Part shown: piece by piece, positions 1-7,715 of the stretch | Position numbering within the stretch: position 1 is the stretch's first letter | Layout of the letters: every line of letters begins with the position of its first letter | Source of the DNA: Myxococcota bacterium | GTDB lineage: Bacteria > Myxococcota > UBA4151 | DNA length: 12,666 bases | Direction: 5' to 3' | NCBI GenBank assembly: GCA_040260805.1 | Contig: JBDQPD010000102.1 | Location: 1-12,666, forward strand | The notes under the pieces: model-generated | Told to the model about the DNA's origin: nothing | The model's input: only the letters and a program-made list of their open reading frames with translations | Database searches by the model: none | Translations under genes and position numbers: made by a program

Positions 1-319
1 AGTCCAGACTTTGAGCAAAGAGTGTCTGGTTCGCTTGAGTCAGTGCGGCGGCGAACGTTTTGGTCGCGGCGTTTTGCCGCGTCCAGTACGCTTTCCATTC
101 ACGGTTCGAGAAGGTCTTGCGGCTCAAGCCACGCAGGCGCTCTTTGAGACGGTTTTCGATCTCGCTTGAGGTCCCATCGAGCGCTCCTAAATCGGCGAGC
201 GTGACGAGGGCTGGTTTGTCAGCCCAGGAATCTGCCCAGGCCGTCTGCGCCTCGCCGAGCGAAGCGCCCCAGGCTGGCACGGAAAGAAGAACAAGCGCTA
301 AGCTGAGTTGTTGGGTCAT
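1..319 (-). CDS. Hypothetical exported protein, partial (runs off the left edge)
   Basis: Not in the ORF track. Manual translation from the ATG at 319: MTQQLSLALVLLSVPAWGASLGEAQTAWADSWADKPALVTLADLGALDG...FAQSLD, 106 codons with no stop to position 1. An AGGAG SD-like motif lies at 331-335 (minus strand). The N-terminus resembles a Sec signal peptide (LSLALVLLSV, then AWG-A). No family recognised. Confidence 0.7.
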   Translation of the reverse strand, partial: MTQQLSLALVLLSVPAWGASLGEAQTAWADSWADKPALVTLADLGALDGTSSEIENRLKERLRGLSRKTFSNREWKAYWTRQNAATKTFAAALTQANQTLFAQSLD

Positions 320-448
320 TTCTCGATTTACTCCTAAACACACTAGGCCCGCCTAACGAACCTGAGCATCAATTCCAAGTCAGGTCGCATTGCCTTTGAC
401 CGTTGTGGTCATGGCGGCTATCCCTTTCGTTGCCGGGAGAGGGTGTCG

Positions 449-1777
449 ATGCGAGTGTTAAGATTCTCAGCTTTGTTGATGTTGGTCGCCTGTTCAGAAG
501 AGGCTGAGCCCGTTGTGGACGCTGGGCAGGCTTCGGTTGATGCAGCGGTTGTCGTCGCTGATGCTGGCGAGCAAGCCGACGCTGGCGTGGCGTCGGATGA
601 TGCCGGACTGGTCTCTGAGGATATTGGCTTTGCGCCCGTGGGTGATTGTCTGGACGACTCTGAATGTGACGACGGCATCTTTTGCAACGGCGCCGAGCAA
701 TGCACCGACGGGACCTGTGTCGCCGCCGACCCGCCATGCCAGACTCGGGGCTGCTTGAGCTCATGCGATGAGATCAACGATCGATGCTTTGATTCGCTCA
801 TGCCGCAGGCTCATCTATGCGATGAGATTCACTGCGCAATCGCCAGCTGCGATGACCGAGGTCGGTGCAGCTATGAGTCTCGTCCTGAATACTCGTGCCG
901 AACCACCGAGATGCAGCCTTGTCAGAGCACCTATCAGTGCCGCGAAGGGCTGGATTGCTTTGGTGGGGAGTTCTTCACTGATGGGAACGATCGCTGCGTT
1001 GAGGCGTGCACCGGCAACGAGGACTGTGAGCTGGGAATTACCCGCTGCGAAACAGCGATCGGTGATCGACCGTTCAATCACTGCTTATACAACTTATGCG
1101 GCGGCCGTTATGGCGGCATCATGCTCGATTCATGCGATGGGACTGGCGCAGCCTCTGGCTCCTGCTATCCCTTGCCGGATGGGGCTGGTGGCTACTTGGG
1201 CGTATGCTATGAAGGGGGGCCGCGTGGAGAGGGCGATAGCTGCTCGGGCGGCGTCTATCCGTGGCCGACTCGAGGCGAGACGCAGGGCCGCTGTCAAGGT
1301 GGGCTTTGGTGTCACGGCGGGCAGTGCCGGCAACTCTGCAGTTTAGCCCGCCGTGCGGGTCAGCCGAACTGTCCTGCAGGGAGTCACTGTGGCGATACCC
1401 ATGAAGGCGAAGATAACGACGCAGGCGTCTGCTTGCCAGGGGCTCGTTGCTTGGTGACGCAGCGTCACTGCGGCACCGTCGCTGCGTGCGTTCCGGACAG
1501 CACAGCGTCTCTGGTCGGGGGCTGCCAGCCCGTCGTTCAGCCCGCTGCGCCCGTTGGCGTGGCCTGCGAAATTCCCAGCCCGGGCGATATGAGCCCTTGC
1601 GCTGATGGCTCCATGTGTTGGCTCGATTTCCGCGATCCGTTGGCTGGGGCTCAATGCCTACAGTTCTGCGATTTGCAGGCACGTGAATGCCCGAACGGCA
1701 GCGTGTGTCGACCCACCGACAGCCGCCGTAACCCTGCTCAAGGTGAACAACTCGGCCTGTGTTACCCGACGAACTAG
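449..1777 (+). CDS. Cysteine-rich lipoprotein (myxobacterial type), function unknown
   Basis: ATG at 449 follows GGAGAGGG (436-443); the track start is GTG 443. Signal MRVLRFSALLMLVA-C has an LVAC lipobox, followed by an acidic linker with repeated DAG motifs. Hand count gives 47 Cys, including the module CLDDSECDDGIFCNGAEQC. No C-terminal TM anchor. Confidence 0.8.
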   Translation: MRVLRFSALLMLVACSEEAEPVVDAGQASVDAAVVVADAGEQADAGVASDDAGLVSEDIGFAPVGDCLDDSECDDGIFCNGAEQCTDGTCVAADPPCQTRGCLSSCDEINDRCFDSLMPQAHLCDEIHCAIASCDDRGRCSYESRPEYSCRTTEMQPCQSTYQCREGLDCFGGEFFTDGNDRCVEACTGNEDCELGITRCETAIGDRPFNHCLYNLCGGRYGGIMLDSCDGTGAASGSCYPLPDGAGGYLGVCYEGGPRGEGDSCSGGVYPWPTRGETQGRCQGGLWCHGGQCRQLCSLARRAGQPNCPAGSHCGDTHEGEDNDAGVCLPGARCLVTQRHCGTVAACVPDSTASLVGGCQPVVQPAAPVGVACEIPSPGDMSPCADGSMCWLDFRDPLAGAQCLQFCDLQARECPNGSVCRPTDSRRNPAQGEQLGLCYPTN

Positions 1778-2289
1778 AACAGCCCGCCCGCAACGGTCCA
1801 CCGCTCGGGTTTTGGATATTTTTAGTGCTCTTGAGCACGCTGATCCTGAGTAAGGTGTTCGTGGTCGGCCTGGTCGAGGTGCGGGGTCAAAGTATGGACC
1901 CTTTGATCGCCTCTGGCAGCACCTGCTTGGTCCTGAAGGTCGGAGCGGTTTCTGTGGCGGGGTTTGAGCTGGGCGCGCTGAATGTTGGCGCCGGCGACGT
2001 CGTGGTCGCCGAAGTGTCGGGTCGTCAGCGTCACGTGATCAAGCGCGTGGCTGCGATCGCTGGCGAAAAGTTATCGACTGCGCCGTGGCTGGATCGCTTA
2101 AAGCTGACGAAGAATGCCGCTGGTCAGCGCGTCTCATTGCTCGGTGTCGACTGCGCTCAAGATGGCTGTCGGGTGGAGAAGGGCTTTGCCTTTTTACTGA
2201 GCGAGCAACTTAAAGGCTCGACAGATTCGCGCCATTTTGGCGCCGTTCAAGTCGCCGATATTCTTGGGCGGACTGCGGTCTGCTGGTGA
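1759..2289 (+). CDS. Small S26-family (signal peptidase I-like) serine peptidase
   Basis: One N-terminal TM segment (FWIFLVLLSTLIL), catalytic Ser box GQSMDP, GDVVV, catalytic Lys box VIKRV and C-terminal STDSRHFGAV. The usual GDN of box E reads SEQ. The GTG start overlaps the lipoprotein gene by 19 nt; the start is uncertain. Confidence 0.8.
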   Translation: MLPDELEQPARNGPPLGFWIFLVLLSTLILSKVFVVGLVEVRGQSMDPLIASGSTCLVLKVGAVSVAGFELGALNVGAGDVVVAEVSGRQRHVIKRVAAIAGEKLSTAPWLDRLKLTKNAAGQRVSLLGVDCAQDGCRVEKGFAFLLSEQLKGSTDSRHFGAVQVADILGRTAVCW

Positions 2290-2299
2290 TTCGAAGCGA

Positions 2300-3358
2300 T
2301 CAGTCGACGTTCGGCTCGGCGTTGACGTCGCTGAACATGCGGGACCAGCGCAACGCTCCGATCGTGAAGGGCCCAGCAGGGATCATGGGGTCAGTCCAGT
2401 CGTGACTAAACCAGATCATCGTGGCGGTACCCCTGAGGTATTTCATCGGAACGCCGCCCCAGACACGTGAGTCGGCAGAGCCATCTCGATTGTCACCCAT
2501 CATGAACAAGAAGCCAGGTTTAACGATGCAATGGTGGGGGGTGCACTCAAGCCCAGAACCAGGTCGATCAAAAGCGACCGGGCCCGGCGAGGTGCCGTGC
2601 ATGAAGTAGGCACGAGGCCAATCGTTGTAAAAGGGATGGATATCTGGACCATGAATCGTCTGAACCCAGCGTGGACCCAGCTTTTCAAAGACTAGATTAC
2701 CGACCACGGGGTGACCTTCTAAGCGGCGCTCATCGGTCCTCAGGTAAGTGATCTTCCCGCCTTCACGTTGCTCTAAAAAAGCACCGTTCACTTCGACGCT
2801 ACCGTCGACAATACGCAGCTTATCGCCCGGCAAGCCGACGACGCGCTTGATGTAGTCCTGTCGTGGATCCATCGGAAAGTTGAAGACCACGATCTCCCCG
2901 CGACGCGGTGGATCACCATTCCAAATGCGGGTGGCGGTGAAGGGATAGCGTGGTCCGTAGCGGTACTTTTTAATAAAGACATGATCGCCATGCAGCAGCG
3001 TCGGACGCATCGAGCCGGTGGGGATCTTAAAAGGCTCAAAGAAGAAGGCGCGGATGGTGAGCGCTAAAGCGACGTAGAAGGCCAGCTCGAGGAGCGAGCG
3101 AATCGCTGGGGACAAGGTGTGACCTTTGTAGTCGCTTTGGTAGATCGCAGCCTCTAGCTCGTGCGCAGCGCTTTGAGCTTCTTCTTCCTTATTCAGAGCG
3201 CCACGGCCTCGAGCGAGCGCCTCGCGCAGTCTCTTCGCAGCCGCTTCGGGTACGTCTTCAATACCATCGAGCAAGCGCTGCCCCGTCTTGAGCTGCTTTT
3301 TGATCTGCTGACGCGCTTTACGATCAGCTAGAGCTTTGAACAGGGGCATAAACAGCAT
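2300..3358 (-). CDS. lepB: Signal peptidase I with N-terminal soluble extension
   Basis: Canonical motifs: PFKIPTGSMRPTL (Ser), RGEIVVF, YIKRVVGLPGD (Lys), MMGDNRDGSADSR. Single TM (LLELAFYVALALTIRAFFF). The start is probably ATG 3358 or 3349 (GAGGA at 3361-3365 on minus) rather than the track start at 3469, which lies inside the upstream gene. Confidence 0.93.
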   Translation of the reverse strand: MLFMPLFKALADRKARQQIKKQLKTGQRLLDGIEDVPEAAAKRLREALARGRGALNKEEEAQSAAHELEAAIYQSDYKGHTLSPAIRSLLELAFYVALALTIRAFFFEPFKIPTGSMRPTLLHGDHVFIKKYRYGPRYPFTATRIWNGDPPRRGEIVVFNFPMDPRQDYIKRVVGLPGDKLRIVDGSVEVNGAFLEQREGGKITYLRTDERRLEGHPVVGNLVFEKLGPRWVQTIHGPDIHPFYNDWPRAYFMHGTSPGPVAFDRPGSGLECTPHHCIVKPGFLFMMGDNRDGSADSRVWGGVPMKYLRGTATMIWFSHDWTDPMIPAGPFTIGALRWSRMFSDVNAEPNVD

Positions 3359-3408
3359 CTTCCTCGGGGCGCGCTCTATCTGAAGGCTGCTGAGGGGCTC
3401 GTCAACGG

Positions 3409-5094
3409 CTAAAGGTCGGCATAAAACGTCGGCTTCGGCATCCTCTTGGGCACCCGAGACCACCACCACCCGATGGCTGGTTCTGATTTCTCGGTAAACA
3501 AAGCCATCACTGTGCGCTGGAGCTTGAGCAAAACATCCGGGTGAAATTTTTGTCCGAGCTGGTCGACGAGCTTCAGCGTTTGAGCCTTGATCGGTGCCGG
3601 CCAGTGTTCCGGAGCGATAATCGGTAAGGCTTTGAGCGCCACCGCTCGTAAATCAATTCCAGCACCGGTTTGATCCATGGCGGCGTGGTTCTGAAGATAC
3701 CAAGCTGTAGCCGCTGGCGACAGCAGCTGTGCGTACACCAGCGCAGTCGTCTCAGGGCTCTCGTTAGACCAGAGCTCAATCAACGGTACCTGCGCCACCT
3801 CGCCGGCGTTGAGTTGGCAGCATTCGATCACAGCGCCGCGCGTCGCCAAAGCGATACGGTGGCGTTTCCATCGCTGCGCAAGTCGAGCGGCGCGGTCGCT
3901 ATCCTCTCGGGCGAGTGCAGCTTGATCAAGTATGGGTCGCTCCCAACGCTTACCGCCAATCCGTACCTTGCGTTCACCCCAAAGGTGGTGACCGGGTTCC
4001 ACATGCGCCACGGTGATCACTGCGGGTTGGCTGTCGCTTTGTCCTTCAACGATCGAGCGCCCCACAAAGTAGAAGTCATCGGTAAACAGGCGTCTGATAT
4101 CGGCGACATCACCGAGCGGCTGGGTAGGGTATTTGGCATGAAGATTAGGCGGGTGGTGCGGATTGACGAAATGCTTTGCCCAGTCGCCGCTGAGTAACTC
4201 GGCGACGGGTTGAGACACTGACTCATCATCAGCGACCGCTTGAAAATTAGCTCGCGCATCGTGGCGGCTGCTCCAGATCAGAGTGCAGGTTCGAACCACC
4301 GCATCAGCGAACGCATCGGATCCCAGATGCCTCAGCTGATGAGGCGTCCCACTTTGAGCCAGAAACTGACGCAGCGGACGTCCGCTGTGGCTCGCAAGTT
4401 GGGCTTCGGGCAAAACGGCGGCGAACCATCCTGATGGGCTCACGCAGCGCGCACAGGCTTCGACAAAGGCCATGCTCAAGTCTGACCGCCCTCGGGCGCC
4501 CAGTAGCCAGCGTTCTCTGTACAGGCTGAATCGAGGACGCTCCTCCTCGGACACGCCGCGCATCGAGGTCCGAAAGGGCGGGTTGGTGAGCACGGCATCG
4601 CATCGTGGAAGCTCGATCAGCAAGCCGTCACCGAGTTTGAGTTCAAGCTGTGGTGGTGTTTTTTTATCAGGAAAAGCCAGCGCAAAACTGCCCCAACACC
4701 AGGCTAGGGCTGTGGCGTTAAGATCACTGCCGTAGAGCGTAACAGGCTCTGATTGAGCAACCCTCGCCGCGATCAAAAATATCCCCGCACCGCAGCAAGG
4801 GTCGAGCACGGAATCCACCGCTCCTGAGCGCTCGAACAACTCCCTGGCTAAGGTCAGGGCGATCGCTCCAGGGGTTAGGTGAGTGCCTCGTTCCCTACGT
4901 TCTTCCGAGGCCAGTAGTTGTTCGTGATGTCGACCGATCGCCTCGGCGCGTCGCATCACCTGATCTGGGCTCGTTGGATGCTGACCCTCAAGGCGCACCC
5001 CAGGCCACCACGGAGCGAGCGCCCATCCGCGCTCAAGCGCAAGCGCACGCAGTGAGGTGTCGATGTCTTGGTGGGCTCGTTGCAGATCGATCAT
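3409..5094 (-). CDS. N6-adenine DNA methyltransferase (gamma class, TaqI/Eco57I-like) with probable C-terminal target-recognition region
   Basis: Motif X-like GTHLTP, motif I VLDPCCGAGIFL, GSDLN, catalytic motif IV VLTNPPF (NPPF at 4573-4584), then DLSMAFVE and AAVLP. Motif I before IV with a long C-terminal region is the gamma order. The start overlaps the plsB stop (ATGA at 5091-5094). Confidence 0.85.
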   Translation of the reverse strand: MIDLQRAHQDIDTSLRALALERGWALAPWWPGVRLEGQHPTSPDQVMRRAEAIGRHHEQLLASEERRERGTHLTPGAIALTLARELFERSGAVDSVLDPCCGAGIFLIAARVAQSEPVTLYGSDLNATALAWCWGSFALAFPDKKTPPQLELKLGDGLLIELPRCDAVLTNPPFRTSMRGVSEEERPRFSLYRERWLLGARGRSDLSMAFVEACARCVSPSGWFAAVLPEAQLASHSGRPLRQFLAQSGTPHQLRHLGSDAFADAVVRTCTLIWSSRHDARANFQAVADDESVSQPVAELLSGDWAKHFVNPHHPPNLHAKYPTQPLGDVADIRRLFTDDFYFVGRSIVEGQSDSQPAVITVAHVEPGHHLWGERKVRIGGKRWERPILDQAALAREDSDRAARLAQRWKRHRIALATRGAVIECCQLNAGEVAQVPLIELWSNESPETTALVYAQLLSPAATAWYLQNHAAMDQTGAGIDLRAVALKALPIIAPEHWPAPIKAQTLKLVDQLGQKFHPDVLLKLQRTVMALFTEKSEPAIGWWWSRVPKRMPKPTFYADL

Positions 5095-7283
5095 TCGGTC
5101 GTGAGCACCGACAGGAGTTGTTTGAGTTGTTCGTGGTCAACCATCACTTTGGCTTCGTTCCCCTGAATTACACCCATCTCGGTAAAGCGCTTGAGCGCCA
5201 AGCCGATCGTGACCTTATCAGCGGCTTCGGGCTCCAAAAGTTCGCCGCGCTCTGCAGCGCTCTTGAGTCGGCCCAAGATGTGACTCGGTAATTTTGAGAC
5301 CGTCATTTTGGTGGGGAGATCAGCGAGGACCACAAGGCACGAGCGATAGGTGGTGACCACATCCGCAATCAAACGAGACCACGTTCGCGCCAGGCGCGCA
5401 CCGCTAATATCCACAGCGAGTTGGTAGGTGGTATCGGTAACGCTCAGCGCTCCAGCTTGCTCGAGTTGGCGCTCGGCGCGAGCCCGGTTCGCCGTCAAAC
5501 CATCCAAGGGGAAGACGAAGTCATGTCGCAAAAGGTTCGAGAGGAACTCAAGCCGCTCATGAGTGGCTTGCTTCGGTGCGACACCTTGAGCGTCAGCTTC
5601 ACGCTCGACAGACCGAAGCAAAAGGGCGCCACACACAAAGGGGTGTAAGCTCTGATTGCGCATATAGACTAACTTGCCGCGAAGGGCAGGGGGGACGCGC
5701 CATTCAGCGGGTGGAAAGCGCTGGATGAGTTCGCTACGGCTGAAGAAGCGTAGGGCATCTCGAATAGCTTGAGGGAGATCGTCTTTTAGCGCGGCGCTTA
5801 ATCGCACCGAACCAGCCGCCACCGAAGCCAGCCCTTGGCATCGCCGGGTGATCTCGTCGCGCGACAGCGAGCGCTCTTCAGCCGCCAGCAAAACGCCGGC
5901 GACCAAACCGGTCGCGCTCACCTCTCCAGCTTCGGATATCCCCCCTAAGACCTTGTAGGTGAGTCGTCGAGTAACCCGTCTGCGCTGGTCATCATCGTTG
6001 AGATCCGCGCCTTCAGCTTCCAAGAAGGAGCCGAGTCGAACCGATGAGCCAAAGCGGACGCTCATCTTGCCGAATTCGCCGGCGAGTAAGCGGGGGAGTT
6101 TGAGGAGATCCAGACTGCTTTCTTTGCGCTTTTTCCCGCCTCCGCGCTCTCGCAGGTGCGAATCGATCTCGGGGACTTTCTCATAGGTAATATCAACAGG
6201 GATGAAGGCGGCATTACTCAGGGCTGTGGGCGCGGCTTGGTAGGCATCGAGGACGGCACCCACCATGCCGAACCGCGGTGGCATACACTTGCCCGTTCGA
6301 CTGCGTGTGCCCTCGGGGAAAAACTCCAAGCTCACTCCGGCGAGTAACAGATGTCTCAGATAGGCGGCAAAGGTCGCTCGATAAAGGGGATCTTCTCGGA
6401 AGCTTCGACGAATATAGAAGGCGCCGCCGCCACGGAACATACTACCGAGCGGAAAGATGTTCATGTTCTCACCAGCCGCAACCAAAGGCGGGATCATACC
6501 CGCGCTGACCAGGACATAACTCAGGACAAGATAATCCACATGAGATCGATGCGATGGGCAAAAGATCAAAGGCCCTTTCCGTGCTTCTTCGCGCAAATAT
6601 TCGAGCTCTTCAGGGAGCATGTCGAGGCCGGCAAACATCGTGTTGAAGATACGGTCGAGCATGGTCGCAAAGCCGCGAACGAGGCGGATCTTTTGGTTGG
6701 CGGCCATTTCCAAGACCATCTTGCGTACTTCGCTGCGCGCTTTCGTGTCATCGGGTGCCACTTCAACGGCGATTGCAGCGGCAAGAGCTTTCGGAGTTAA
6801 AGCGCCTGAGCTGACATGCAAACGCTGCTCACGAGCGAGTCGATCGCGGATCTCATGCAGCGCAGCCTCGACATCCTCGCGCACTTCGACGCCGTGCCCG
6901 ATCCCCAAGCGTTCGCCCTTTTGTAAAAGGGGGTTGGTGAAGCTTTCAAACAAGTGCTTACCGAGCCAGTCATGAGTCAGGGTCGTGGGCAGGGCGGTCC
7001 CGCCGGTCGCTGCAGCTAATTCGCCTCTCAAACGAGCGCCTTCACCGACCATTCGAACGCGTTTGAGATCCTCGGGTCCGACCAGCTCCCCGATCAACTG
7101 GCGAAGTCGTTTGAGTAGTTGAGCATCAAGTCGCTCAAAAACCAGCAGCGTCCGGCCATCAGCCAAAGCTTGGCGCAGTCTTTTCTCGCTGCCTTGATCA
7201 ATGCGCAGGGTCATCTTGTCTCCTGGGTTGAGCATGGCCTCTGAGGCAAAACTCGAAAAGGACCTTGCGCCTTTCTTGCTCAT
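5091..7283 (-). CDS. plsB: Glycerol-3-phosphate O-acyltransferase (PlsB/GPAT-DHAPAT family)
   Basis: Acyltransferase motifs PSHRSHVDY (HxxxxD), AAGEN, GAFYIRR, EFFPEGTRSRTG and IPVDITYE, plus a long helical C-terminal domain. Start placed at ATG 7283; TTG 7292 and ATG 7235 are alternatives. G3P versus DHAP specificity cannot be resolved by eye. Confidence 0.88.
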   Translation of the reverse strand: MSKKGARSFSSFASEAMLNPGDKMTLRIDQGSEKRLRQALADGRTLLVFERLDAQLLKRLRQLIGELVGPEDLKRVRMVGEGARLRGELAAATGGTALPTTLTHDWLGKHLFESFTNPLLQKGERLGIGHGVEVREDVEAALHEIRDRLAREQRLHVSSGALTPKALAAAIAVEVAPDDTKARSEVRKMVLEMAANQKIRLVRGFATMLDRIFNTMFAGLDMLPEELEYLREEARKGPLIFCPSHRSHVDYLVLSYVLVSAGMIPPLVAAGENMNIFPLGSMFRGGGAFYIRRSFREDPLYRATFAAYLRHLLLAGVSLEFFPEGTRSRTGKCMPPRFGMVGAVLDAYQAAPTALSNAAFIPVDITYEKVPEIDSHLRERGGGKKRKESSLDLLKLPRLLAGEFGKMSVRFGSSVRLGSFLEAEGADLNDDDQRRRVTRRLTYKVLGGISEAGEVSATGLVAGVLLAAEERSLSRDEITRRCQGLASVAAGSVRLSAALKDDLPQAIRDALRFFSRSELIQRFPPAEWRVPPALRGKLVYMRNQSLHPFVCGALLLRSVEREADAQGVAPKQATHERLEFLSNLLRHDFVFPLDGLTANRARAERQLEQAGALSVTDTTYQLAVDISGARLARTWSRLIADVVTTYRSCLVVLADLPTKMTVSKLPSHILGRLKSAAERGELLEPEAADKVTIGLALKRFTEMGVIQGNEAKVMVDHEQLKQLLSVLTTE

Positions 7284-7307
7284 ACGAGGCAAGCTGGGTT
7301 ACATCTC

Positions 7308-7715
7308 GTGGTGAGCGACGGACCTGTTGGGGGCGATGTGTCACCAGTGATAAGTGATACAACAGTCTTTGTTGATGAGTTATCAAGCCAGACGACAGGC
7401 GTCTCGCTGATCGCCGAGGTGCGTCTAGTCGATGGCAGTGGTTTGGTTGCGCCGCCGATGGAGGTGCGAACAATTCCCTTCATTATGGGGCGCGGGACCG
7501 ACGCAAGCCTTTGCGTCGCCGATGAGCAGGTGTCTCGGCATCATTGCCAGATCGAGCGAGACGGTGGTAACTACATCATCCGCGATTTAGGCAGCACCAA
7601 TGGCACCTTTCTTAATGGGGTTCGGGTTCTGATTTGCCGGCTGCACCCTGGTGACCAGCTCCAGATTGGGTCCTCTCAAATTCTCTTCAGCCTAGGGTAT
7701 CGTTTCGGTGGCTAG
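7308..7715 (+). CDS. Small FHA domain protein
   Basis: FHA signature GR...VSRHH...IRDLGSTNGTFLNG...LHPGDQLQIG, with the pThr-binding residues intact. The start is uncertain (in-frame GTGs at 7308, 7311, 7338, 7347; ATG at 7458). Confidence 0.9.
   Translation: MVSDGPVGGDVSPVISDTTVFVDELSSQTTGVSLIAEVRLVDGSGLVAPPMEVRTIPFIMGRGTDASLCVADEQVSRHHCQIERDGGNYIIRDLGSTNGTFLNGVRVLICRLHPGDQLQIGSSQILFSLGYRFGG

Noticed and set aside
60..356. 98-aa plus-strand ORF
   Set aside because: Antisense shadow of the minus-strand ORF, which has an SD and a signal peptide; no recognisable features.
449..1777. Multiheme cytochrome, TraA kin-recognition receptor or RiPP precursor
   Set aside because: No CxxCH motif (CHGGQC and CDEIHC do not fit), no PA14-like domain or C-terminal MYXO-CTERM/TM segment recognised, and no modifying enzymes nearby.
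1740..1800. Frameshifted fusion of the lipoprotein and the S26 peptidase
   Set aside because: Each ORF has a coherent end or start with its own targeting segment, no slippery sequence was seen, and a short overlap explains the arrangement.
3359..3469. Longer lepB start given by the ORF track
   Set aside because: It overlaps the methyltransferase 3' end by about 60 nt, and better ATG/SD candidates exist at 3358 and 3349.
3409..5094. Complete restriction-modification, BREX or DISARM defence system
   Set aside because: No nuclease, helicase, ATPase or specificity partner is in the window, and the flanking genes are housekeeping.
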